DNA from: an uncultured bacterium
GTDB lineage: Bacteria; CAYJRR01
Direction of reading: 5' to 3'
Length of the DNA stretch: 47,411 bases
Assembly (NCBI GenBank): GCA_964372275.1
Contig: CAYJRR010000018.1
Location: 1 to 47,411 of the forward strand
The notes under the pieces: model-generated
What the model saw: the letters and a program-made list of their open reading frames with translations, nothing else
The model's database searches: none
Told to the model about the DNA's origin: nothing
Shown: piece after piece, positions 39,547-47,411 of the stretch
How the letters are laid out: each line of letters opens with the position of its first letter
Numbering within the stretch: the stretch's first letter is position 1
Made by a program: the position numbers and the translations under genes

Positions 39547-40914
39547 ATGAAGGGTCGAATCGCGCGCCGGATACTCCTACCGCTCTTGCTCGCCCTTCCA
39601 GGGGTGGCTCTTGCGGACGGGGGGAATACCGGTCCCTCCGATCCGAACGTTACCTTCAACGGAACGACATTCAAGCGGGACAGTGTCCATCAGCGGCCCG
39701 CGATCAACTCCAAGAAAGGCCACACCCTTCCCGGCGGTCGCACGAGCGCCAACGGCTGGGCCGTCAACAGCGATCCGGTCGTCGCCGAGAATCGGAACCG
39801 CCGCTTATACGACAAACGCAACGGTCAGTTCCTCAGCCAGAGCCAAGCCGAAGCGGCCAAGCGTTCGAGCAAATACTACGAGGCCGGAACCGGCGTCACG
39901 CTCTTCGAGCTCAAGACCGGCACGCAGGACATCAACGGCAACTACCAGCCCGATGCCACGGGCCTGAACGCCGGCGGGTTCAAGGACGGCCGTTACAACA
40001 TTCTCCACGAGGCCGGCAGTCCGAACGCAGGAACGATTCCGAATCGTCTCAGCGTCGACGTTCTGCGGGCCGAAGGCCAGGGGACAGTCAAGGTCGGCGT
40101 CATTCCGGGTGGCGTCGCGGCGGCGGCCCAGCTTCGAGGGCAGGCGACGCTGATCGGTCTCAGCGGCGAATACACGCGTTCGTTCGGCGATTCAGATTCG
40201 ATCAACACGGCACAGGTTTCGACGAAGGGTCAGGCCTTCGTCGGAGCCGCCGGCGAACTGCAGGCGGTAGCAAACGTGTCCAATCGCGGCGCGTTGCTCA
40301 CCGGCCGTGCCGGCGCCTTCGTCGGTGGCCGGGCGGAGGGCGAGGCGGGAGGGTCGGTGACGATCTGCGGCGTCCAGATCGGCGCCAAGGGGGTCGGCGA
40401 AGTCAGCTACGGCCTTGGTGCAGCCGCCGAAGGCTACATGGTCGTCAACTGGAGCACGATGACCGTGAAGTTCGGCGGCCGCGCCGCGGCGACGCTAGGG
40501 TTGGGCGCTGGCGTTGGCGGCGAGGTCGAGATCTCCCTCCAGAAGGTGCTCGAGAATCCGGCGATGGCGGCCCGCTGCGCTCTTCAGCCGCTGGCCGATC
40601 TCGCCGTGGCGGCCTATGAGACCGGGCGCGACCTGGTCCTCGCAGCGCGCGATCTCGGCGCGCAGGGGATCGAGCAGCTCACCAATGCCTACGACGCGGT
40701 GTCGAGTTATGTCGGCGACACGCTCAGCCAGGCGAGCGACTTCGTCTCCAACGGCATCCAGAGCCTCTGCTTCTGGTGCAGCAAGAGCGCGCCGGCGCCG
40801 AACGCGGTGGCAACCAACTCCCAGGGACTGCAACTCCCCCGGAACTCGAGAACCGTGGTGAGCGGCCCCTCGCAACCGGGCTCGGGCGGCCCCAGCATCG
40901 GTCTCCGCCGCTAG
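39547..40914 (+). CDS. Exported Gly/Ala-rich beta-strand protein (paralog A), ending SIGLRR
   Basis: Signal MKGRIARR...GVALA; long AGAFVGGRAEGEAGG-type region; homologous to 43300-44394. Confidence 0.85.
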   Translation: MKGRIARRILLPLLLALPGVALADGGNTGPSDPNVTFNGTTFKRDSVHQRPAINSKKGHTLPGGRTSANGWAVNSDPVVAENRNRRLYDKRNGQFLSQSQAEAAKRSSKYYEAGTGVTLFELKTGTQDINGNYQPDATGLNAGGFKDGRYNILHEAGSPNAGTIPNRLSVDVLRAEGQGTVKVGVIPGGVAAAAQLRGQATLIGLSGEYTRSFGDSDSINTAQVSTKGQAFVGAAGELQAVANVSNRGALLTGRAGAFVGGRAEGEAGGSVTICGVQIGAKGVGEVSYGLGAAAEGYMVVNWSTMTVKFGGRAAATLGLGAGVGGEVEISLQKVLENPAMAARCALQPLADLAVAAYETGRDLVLAARDLGAQGIEQLTNAYDAVSSYVGDTLSQASDFVSNGIQSLCFWCSKSAPAPNAVATNSQGLQLPRNSRTVVSGPSQPGSGGPSIGLRR

Positions 40915-41013
40915 GGTCGAGGGCACGGTTCCGGTTTCGAACGCGCCGGCGAGCGCGTCCTACCGTGGCGTTCGCCCGCGCGCGTCGACTCGGGTGCTAC
41001 ACTCCGAATCACG

Positions 41014-42297
41014 ATGGTTCCGGGTTGGCTCCGCCGGCGAATCGGTCGAACGATCGCGAGCGCGGCGGCGCTGCTCCTCCTCCCGCGGGCCGAAACGGCG
41101 ATGGCGGCGTCCGGACAGCGATACTTCCAGGAGGCCGAGGCGGCGCTCGCGCGCAACGACCTCGGCACCGCCAAGGAGAAGATCGTCCAGGGCCTCGAGC
41201 TCGAGCCGGATCACGCCAACGCGATGGTCAACCTGGCGAACATCCACCTGCTGGAGAAGAACAAACGCGAAGCCAAGGCTTGGTTCGACCGCGCGCTCAA
41301 GATCGACCCGACCAACGCGATCGGACTCAACGGCCGGGCTCTGCTTCACCTGGAGGACGGAAACTTCGACAAGGCGGTCGAGATGTTCGTCGCCGCGACC
41401 AAGTCCGATCCGACCAATCCCACGCCTGTCGTCAATCTCGGCGATCTTTCGATCCGGCTCGGGGACGCGGTCAACGCCATTCGCTACTACGACCTCGCGC
41501 TCCAGATCGATCCGACGAACGTGCGGGCGACGTTGCAATTGGCGGAGCTCCAGGCCGCGGCCGGATTCGGCGAGAAGGCGGTCGAGCTCGCCGAATCGGT
41601 CCTCAAGCGGCAGCCCAAGAACTTCACCGCCATGGCCGCGGCGGGAAAGGGCTACGCCGCCAAAGGGAACTGGCTTCGCGCGGTCGACCTCCTCTTCGAC
41701 GCCGCCAAAGGGATGCCCAAGGACGACTCGGTCCGCTTCGCGCTGGGCGTGGCGTTGATGAACTCGCGTCAGTTCAACGCCGCGGCCGACGCCTTTCTCG
41801 AGGCCCTCGACCTGAACGACGCCGATCCGAGATTGCACCTGCAGCTCGGGATCGCCTACTACATGTCCGGAAACCCGGAGCTCGTCGACTACGCACGGAA
41901 GGAGTTCCAGCACTCCCTCGACCGCAATCCGACGGCCGACGACCGCGCGTCGGTCCACTACCACCTCGCACTGATCGCCGACGATGCGGGGAAGTTCGCG
42001 GACGCGATCAAGAGCTACGAGCAGGCGCTGCGGTTCAAGCCGCAACACGTGGGCGCCTCCAACAACCTCGGCCTGATCTACGCGCAGCAAGGAAAGTTCA
42101 GGGAGGCCGTCCCGTTCTACCAGCGGGCGCTCAAGTCGGACCCCGCGTTCACGGCGGCCCGATTCAACCTCGGCTATGCGTTTCTCCGCCTCGGTCAGGA
42201 GAAGGAGGGGCGCGCCGAGCTGGTGAAGCTGATGTCGCTGCCCGACGGCGATCCGTTCAAGAACCAGGCGAAGGAGATCCTGGCGGGTCGGCCTTGA
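41014..42297 (+). CDS. Exported tetratricopeptide-repeat protein
   Basis: N-terminal signal-like segment; about ten TPR-like repeats (ALKIDP, NNLG, FNLG). Confidence 0.9.
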   Translation: MVPGWLRRRIGRTIASAAALLLLPRAETAMAASGQRYFQEAEAALARNDLGTAKEKIVQGLELEPDHANAMVNLANIHLLEKNKREAKAWFDRALKIDPTNAIGLNGRALLHLEDGNFDKAVEMFVAATKSDPTNPTPVVNLGDLSIRLGDAVNAIRYYDLALQIDPTNVRATLQLAELQAAAGFGEKAVELAESVLKRQPKNFTAMAAAGKGYAAKGNWLRAVDLLFDAAKGMPKDDSVRFALGVALMNSRQFNAAADAFLEALDLNDADPRLHLQLGIAYYMSGNPELVDYARKEFQHSLDRNPTADDRASVHYHLALIADDAGKFADAIKSYEQALRFKPQHVGASNNLGLIYAQQGKFREAVPFYQRALKSDPAFTAARFNLGYAFLRLGQEKEGRAELVKLMSLPDGDPFKNQAKEILAGRP

Positions 42298-43060
42298 GCC
42301 GCCACGCAACGGCGAAGGTCCCGGCCGTGAGACCCGCGAACGCGAGCTCCATAGCCACGAGCAGCGACAGCGCGCGCGACGCCGGTCCCTCCTCCAGGGC
42401 GACGTTCGCCGGCACGTAGAAGGCACGCACAACCGCGTCGACGACGGCGTGGACCGCAACCGCGGCCGCGAACGCGCCGACGCGAGCCGCGCCTCCGCTC
42501 CTCGACGCCGCGCGCACCGCCCAGGCGGAGATCGACACGTGGAAGACGATGGCGATCCACCGCTCGACGGCGCTCATCAACGGGAGCAGCGGCATGTTCA
42601 CCGCCCATGCGCCCGCTTCCGACGACAGCGTCTGCGCGAATTCCGAAGCCGCCCGAAGGCCGACGAGGGCGGATTCCATCGCCCCCCAGCCGAGTCCGAA
42701 GAGGAGACCGGTCTCCAACGGCCGGCAGCGGCCCGCACGCCGGAAGATTGCCGAGCAGGCGCCGAATCGGATCGACTCCTCGGCCACCCCCGCGAGAAGT
42801 CCCACCCCCAGCGCGTGCAGGAGGAGCGACCCGGCGAGACCGTCGCCCAGGATCGGCTGCAGCCCGGCCATGAGCGCGAGCTGCTTCGCGATCCAGGCCA
42901 GCAGGAACAGGCCGGCCCCGGCCGCCGCCCCGGAAAGCCCGGCCGCCCGGACGCCGCACCGATCGCGCGGACGGCGCACGAGCGCGACGACGCCGACCAC
43001 GATTGGAGGGGCGACGAGCTGGGCGACGAGGGTGGCGATCGCCGCGACCAGGAAGAGCAT
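42257..43060 (-). CDS. YhfC/PrsW-like glutamic-type intramembrane protease
   Basis: AGVAEESIRF (EExxR), GLGWGAMES, ERWIAIVFH, HAVVD; multiple TMs. Confidence 0.8.
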   Translation of the reverse strand: MLFLVAAIATLVAQLVAPPIVVGVVALVRRPRDRCGVRAAGLSGAAAGAGLFLLAWIAKQLALMAGLQPILGDGLAGSLLLHALGVGLLAGVAEESIRFGACSAIFRRAGRCRPLETGLLFGLGWGAMESALVGLRAASEFAQTLSSEAGAWAVNMPLLPLMSAVERWIAIVFHVSISAWAVRAASRSGGAARVGAFAAAVAVHAVVDAVVRAFYVPANVALEEGPASRALSLLVAMELAFAGLTAGTFAVAWRLKADPPGSPSPGS

Positions 43061-43146
43061 CGCGCCGGAGACGATACCATCCGGGACAGAAATCTGTTGC
43101 GGGCCGCCGGCCGCTTTCCTAGATTCACCGCCTCTCGAGCACCGAC

Positions 43147-43228
43147 GCCCGGGTGGTGAAATTGGTAGACACGCTAGCTTGAGGGGCTAGTGGGTAAAAC
43201 CGTGCTGGTTCGAGTCCAGTCCCGGGCA
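43147..43228 (+). tRNA. tRNA-Leu (GAG)
   Basis: gcccggg/cccgggc acceptor stem, D loop TGG, anticodon arm ctagc-ttGAGgg-gctag, long variable arm, GGTTCGAG; CCA not fully encoded; TTGCGG-N17-TAGATT upstream. Confidence 0.97.
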
Positions 43229-43299
43229 CCCGACACGAGGAGAAGCGGCGCCGGCCTTCACGGGCCAGCGCCGCCATCCACTTCCCCTTCGTGCGATCG

Positions 43300-44394
43300 T
43301 TAGCGCCGCATCCCGATCCCCGCGCCGGGGACCGAAGCGATCGACGGCCCACTTCGCGTCGAGGCGCTCCGTTCGATCTGCGTTCCGGTTCGGCGCGGCC
43401 CGTCGAGGAAGCGGGCGAGGTGCAGAACCGAAACGGCCGCCGGCTCCGACATCGCGTTGCGGATGGCCGTCACCGCGCGGGAGAGCGGGCGAACCCCGGC
43501 CTCCCCCAGGATCCGCAACCCCTCCGCGAGATCGACGCCGCGCCGACGCACGAAGGCCGCCGCCTTCCCGAGGCCGCGCTCGAGGCACTCCTTGGCGACC
43601 TTCGGATCGTTCAGCAGCGCCTCCAGCGAGAGCTCGTGCTCCACGCCGGCACCGATCCCCAGCCCGGCGGTCAGCGCGGCCCGACCTCCGTAGCGGACGG
43701 TCATCGTCGACCAGTCGAGCTCGAAGGCGTAGCGCGCCTCCGCGCCGATCCCGTAGCTCGCGTTCCCCGTCACCTTCAGGGCATTGGAGATCCCGCATAG
43801 GGTGATCGATCCGCCCGTCTCGCCGGAGACCTTCCCCCCCGCGAAGGCGCCGGCATCGAGCTCCGCCACCGCGCCGTTCTCGCTCAGGCCGATCGCCCCG
43901 CCCGCCTCGGCCTCGGATCCGATCATCGCCTCCCCCGCGGTGAAGACGCGGGCGTTGTTGAGGTCGTCGCCGATCTGTCGAGCGTAGTCGACGCGCGCGC
44001 CGGCGACGATCGCGCGGGCCTGGACGCGACCCGACGCGGAGCTCGTCCCGATCCGACCCTCGGCCGACGCCTCGGCACGGAGCAGCTGGACGGCGAACGA
44101 GCCATGTTCGCCCTGGAACGCCGCCTCTCCGGTGCCTCCGAGTCCCCGTTCGAGCGTCGCCTCGGCGTCCCGAATCGTCGCGTCCGCGAGGCGGGAGCCG
44201 ATTCGATTTCCAGTGCGCTTGTCGTAGACCTCCCCGTCGGCGGTTTCGGCGAGGAACGCCGACGGTTCGGTTCGCCAGGAGCGAACCGTCGGGCGTGGAT
44301 GCGAGAACTCCTTCGCCGACGATTCGGCCGGACGCGCGAACGATCCGGCGACGACGGCGGCGACGACGACGAGCATGCGGCCGAAGGCGTTCAT
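43300..44394 (-). CDS. Exported Gly/Ala-rich beta-strand protein (paralog B), ending GIGMRR
   Basis: Signal MNAFGRMLVV...; shares YDKRxG, GAFxGG, GSxTxCG, SYGxGA, WSTMTV, GGRAA with paralog A; SD GGGAGG. Confidence 0.85.
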   Translation of the reverse strand: MNAFGRMLVVVAAVVAGSFARPAESSAKEFSHPRPTVRSWRTEPSAFLAETADGEVYDKRTGNRIGSRLADATIRDAEATLERGLGGTGEAAFQGEHGSFAVQLLRAEASAEGRIGTSSASGRVQARAIVAGARVDYARQIGDDLNNARVFTAGEAMIGSEAEAGGAIGLSENGAVAELDAGAFAGGKVSGETGGSITLCGISNALKVTGNASYGIGAEARYAFELDWSTMTVRYGGRAALTAGLGIGAGVEHELSLEALLNDPKVAKECLERGLGKAAAFVRRRGVDLAEGLRILGEAGVRPLSRAVTAIRNAMSEPAAVSVLHLARFLDGPRRTGTQIERSASTRSGPSIASVPGAGIGMRR

Positions 44395-44418
44395 CAGAAA
44401 CCTCCCGACGCCTCCAGG

Positions 44419-44473
44419 AGCGGATCGCGGGCCCGACCGAAGAAGAAAAATCACTTTATTTATGAATAAGTTA
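44419..44473 (-). promoter_or_regulatory. Degenerate sigma54-type element plus IHF-like AT tract
   Basis: Minus-strand GGGCCCGCGATCCGCT (GG-N10-GC) 24 nt before ATG; TATGAATAAGTTA at 44461-44473. Confidence 0.4.
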
Positions 44474-44595
44474 CGTATTTCCAGCGAGCGGGCCGTCCGC
44501 TCCGCCGAACGACCCCCGATCGGGATCCGGACGCGATCGTCCGCGTCGTGGACACGCGCGAAGAGGGCCCTACCGGATCGACGGGAGGTCGGAGA

Positions 44596-45132
44596 ATGTC
44601 GTTCGCCGATCCGCGCCGATTCGCGCGAGCCCGCCGCACGTTGGGACGATGGGCCGTCGCGGCCTCCGTGGCGTGCGCGGCGCGACCGTTCCCGGAGCTA
44701 CCGCGTGCCTTCGACCTCGTCTTCGACGGTCGCTTGTCCCCCTGCTATCGGACGGCGCTCGGCGTCGAGGTGACGGCGGAGGCCGGGCGCTGCCCGGACG
44801 AAGGGGCGGTCGACGGATCGATCTGGGAAGCGATCCTGGTGACCGACTCGCCGCCGGAGCGGATCCACGGGGTCCGATTGGCGTTCGTTCGGACGCGGAT
44901 CGCGTGCGCGGGCGAGGAGGCCTACGGGTGCGCCGCCGCCGATCGAATGGTCGTCCAGGCGGGCGACGGGTGGCGCCGGACGCTCGTCCACGAGACGGCG
45001 CACGTTCTCCTGATCCGGCGTGGGAAGGGGGGCGGCCACGAGGACGCGGCGCTCTGGCGCCGGATCGACGGCGCGGGGCGAGTCGTTCCTTCGCGCCGCC
45101 AAGCCGATCCGCGCCCCGAAAAAACTCGCTAA
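44596..45132 (+). CDS. Small putative lipoprotein with HExxH zincin motif
   Basis: SVAC possible lipobox; TLVHETAHVLL...GGGHE; several Cys; SD GGAGG/GGAG. Confidence 0.6.
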   Translation: MSFADPRRFARARRTLGRWAVAASVACAARPFPELPRAFDLVFDGRLSPCYRTALGVEVTAEAGRCPDEGAVDGSIWEAILVTDSPPERIHGVRLAFVRTRIACAGEEAYGCAAADRMVVQAGDGWRRTLVHETAHVLLIRRGKGGGHEDAALWRRIDGAGRVVPSRRQADPRPEKTR

Positions 45133-47411
45133 CGATGGCGGCGGCGCGACCGCATCGCGGCGAGCGAGATGCCGGCGAGGATCGCGGCGAGCGTCCCTCT
45201 CGCGGTCACCGCCCCCGGCCGCGCCAGCGCGGCGCGGCACCCGAACAGGCCCTTCGACTCCTTCTCCTTCGCGACCGACAGCGTCACGGTCACGGGATCG
45301 GAGGTGACGAACCCGTCGGACACCTGGTACTCGAACGTCTCGACGCCGTCGAACCCTTCGTCGGGCGTGTAGGTGAACGAGCCGTCGTCGTCAAGCTCGA
45401 GCGTGCCGTTGTTGACGTCGTCGACCAGCAGGGCACGGAGCTCGTCGACGTCGTCGTCGGTGTCGAGGTCGTTGGCAAGAACCCCGTCCTCCTCGTCGAC
45501 CGACAGCTCGGATCCGGCCTCGTAGTCGTATTCGTCCTCTTTCCCGACCGGGGGCTCGTCGACCACCACCTGGAAGCTGGCGACGGTGGTGTTCTGTCCG
45601 CCGTCGGCCGTTCCACCGTTGTCGACCAGGGTCAGGCTGATCGTCGCCGAGCCGCTCTCGTTCGAGGCGGGGGTGAACCGAAGCGTCGAGGTCGACCCGC
45701 TGACGGCGTCGACCGACAGGCTCTGCACGATCGTGGAGCTGCTGGCGGAAGCGGTGATCGACACCGTTTGGCCGGACTCCCCTCCGGCGGTGATGCCAGT
45801 CAGCGGCAGGGTCTGCGGACCGGCATCGCGTCCGAAGACGACGTCCTCGACCGGATCGAGCGTCGGCGGCCGATTCGACAGCGTCACGCGCCCCCACCAG
45901 GTCCCCCACCGGTCGATTCCACTGCTCGGCGCCGCGGCGTACTCCAGCACCGTCCACAGGTCGACGTCGTTCGTCGGATCGACGACGGCGCTGCTGTAGT
46001 CCCCCCATCGGTTGCGCCCGGAGCCGTAGTCCTTGTCGTACTTGGCCTCGCCGCCCTTCAGCGTGACCTCGCCGCGCATCGTGCTCGCCGCGTCGCTACC
46101 GGCGCGAAACGCGTAGTTGGCGCTGGGGAACTGCCCCGCACCGAAGCGGGTGTATCCGACCAACGCGTCGTCCAACCGGTTCACCGCGATCGCCGGGAAG
46201 GCGTAGAAGAGGTTCCCGGTGCCGTCGTCGATACGACCGAACTGGTTCACGGTGCCGCCGTCGGCAATGTTCGCAGCCGGTGTCGCCTGGACCCACTGCA
46301 CGGCGCTTCGGGTGGGGGCCGATGCCGGGAGGAAGACGGTGTGGGCGAACCAGAGCTTCCCGTTCCGGTAGACCAGGTTCTGGGTGCGCGAGTCGTTGTT
46401 CTGGATCTTTCGCGACGAACCCATCTGCGGCGCGAAGTCGGCGCTCCCGGGGTAGTCGCTCCACTCGTCGGCGTGAACGAGGAACCCGCCGGCGGTCAGC
46501 GTCTCGCTGCCGACCGCGCCCGAGATGGTGAAGAGTCGATGGTAGCCCTGGCCGCTCGAATTCCCGTTGTAGGTCTGCGCAAGGTAGATCTTGTCGAGGG
46601 TGTTGTCGTAGGTGATCGCCGGGACGATCGTCCCTCCGATCGTGGTGTTGTAGATGCGCGTGTGCGTGGCACCGACGTTGGCGTAGAGGTCGGCCTTCTT
46701 GAAGACCCAGAAGGCGGCCCCTTGGAAGGCGTCGTTGGAGACGGCGAACATGTTCATGTTCACCACGATCCAGTCCTTGTTGAAGCCGAGGCTGGGGTAG
46801 TCGGCCCAGGCGACGTTGCCGGAATCGGCGTCGACCTTGAAGAGGTTCCACGTTCCGGTCGGATCGGTCGTCTGCGAGACGCCGATCAGAACCGCCGAGT
46901 TGGCGGAGCGCGCCGCATCGCACGCGGTGAAGATCCAGCGCTGGCCGAAAGGGTCGTAGAGGACCTTGGGATCGAACGCCGCGGTTGCAACGGACGACCA
47001 GAATCCGTTGAGGGTCGTCCGGCTCATCGAGGAACCGGTCCGACTCTGGATCCGGACCTCGGAGTTGAGCACCGTCATCACGTGGTTCGGTCCGACGGCG
47101 CCGTGCGTGTCGGGCGGGATCCGAACGTCGATGTCGTCGAGCGCCTGGAACGAGGTCGCCGGTTGCGGGGAGTTGACCGAGCCCATGAACGACGGGATCG
47201 GCCGGGAGACGACGCGCGGGTGCACCACGCGCGCGGTCACGCTCGCGGGATCGGGGAGGAGGATCGGCGTCGAAAGCCGATCGAGCGGACGCTCGCGCCT
47301 CGGCGGCCCCGCGAGGTCGGCGCGCTCTCCGAATCGCACCTGCACCCCGGCGGTCGCGGTTCCGTGCGTGATCTGACTGCCGGCGGACGGATCGAACGTG
47401 CTGCATCCGAC
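45129..47411 (-). CDS. Large surface protein with Ig/cadherin-like domains and MYXO-CTERM-like tail (5' end outside window)
   Basis: PPDTHGAVGPNH, WADYP, RWGDYS; NRPPT and GVLAND...DGSFTYTP domains; C-terminal GC + hydrophobic segment + RSRRRHR; frame open to window edge. Confidence 0.85.
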   Translation of the reverse strand, partial: VGCSTFDPSAGSQITHGTATAGVQVRFGERADLAGPPRRERPLDRLSTPILLPDPASVTARVVHPRVVSRPIPSFMGSVNSPQPATSFQALDDIDVRIPPDTHGAVGPNHVMTVLNSEVRIQSRTGSSMSRTTLNGFWSSVATAAFDPKVLYDPFGQRWIFTACDAARSANSAVLIGVSQTTDPTGTWNLFKVDADSGNVAWADYPSLGFNKDWIVVNMNMFAVSNDAFQGAAFWVFKKADLYANVGATHTRIYNTTIGGTIVPAITYDNTLDKIYLAQTYNGNSSGQGYHRLFTISGAVGSETLTAGGFLVHADEWSDYPGSADFAPQMGSSRKIQNNDSRTQNLVYRNGKLWFAHTVFLPASAPTRSAVQWVQATPAANIADGGTVNQFGRIDDGTGNLFYAFPAIAVNRLDDALVGYTRFGAGQFPSANYAFRAGSDAASTMRGEVTLKGGEAKYDKDYGSGRNRWGDYSSAVVDPTNDVDLWTVLEYAAAPSSGIDRWGTWWGRVTLSNRPPTLDPVEDVVFGRDAGPQTLPLTGITAGGESGQTVSITASASSSTIVQSLSVDAVSGSTSTLRFTPASNESGSATISLTLVDNGGTADGGQNTTVASFQVVVDEPPVGKEDEYDYEAGSELSVDEEDGVLANDLDTDDDVDELRALLVDDVNNGTLELDDDGSFTYTPDEGFDGVETFEYQVSDGFVTSDPVTVTLSVAKEKESKGLFGCRAALARPGAVTARGTLAAILAGISLAAMRSRRRHR

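Noticed and set aside
43147..43300. tRNA-Leu as an integration site of a genomic island
   Set aside because: No integrase and no duplicated tRNA 3' end seen in the window

Overview
GC-rich bacterial scaffold with one 10-N gap at 4034-4043. It is probably Myxococcota/deltaproteobacteria-like, inferred from an MXAN_5187-type domain, a MYXO-CTERM-like tail and Ser/Thr kinases. The first half (1-23017) holds a split, partly duplicated respiratory complex I: nuoM-N-A-B, then nuoCD, then nuoE-F-G-H-J-K-L-M-N, with no nuoI in the window. It is interrupted by two tandem FadL/OmpP1-like genes, metF, a small exported protein and two CBS paralogs. The second half carries GNAT and AlkB-like enzymes, a pseudokinase-FGE protein, a PocR-sigma54 activator, CsgG and DUF799 lipoproteins, a thiolase, an NlpC/P60-like protein, a histone-like protein, 6S RNA, a kinase-ATPase-TPR protein, a TPR protein, a YhfC-type protease, tRNA-Leu(GAG) and a surface protein. 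Best candidate for an undescribed system: three signal-peptide proteins (10202-10723, 39547-40914, 43300-44394). Each follows a sigma54-type -24/-12 element and each ends in G-[ILM]-R-R-stop, although the first is otherwise unrelated to the other two. This suggests a co-regulated set of exported, possibly membrane-active effectors with a shared C-terminal signal. All family calls come from motif recognition by eye, not database searches.
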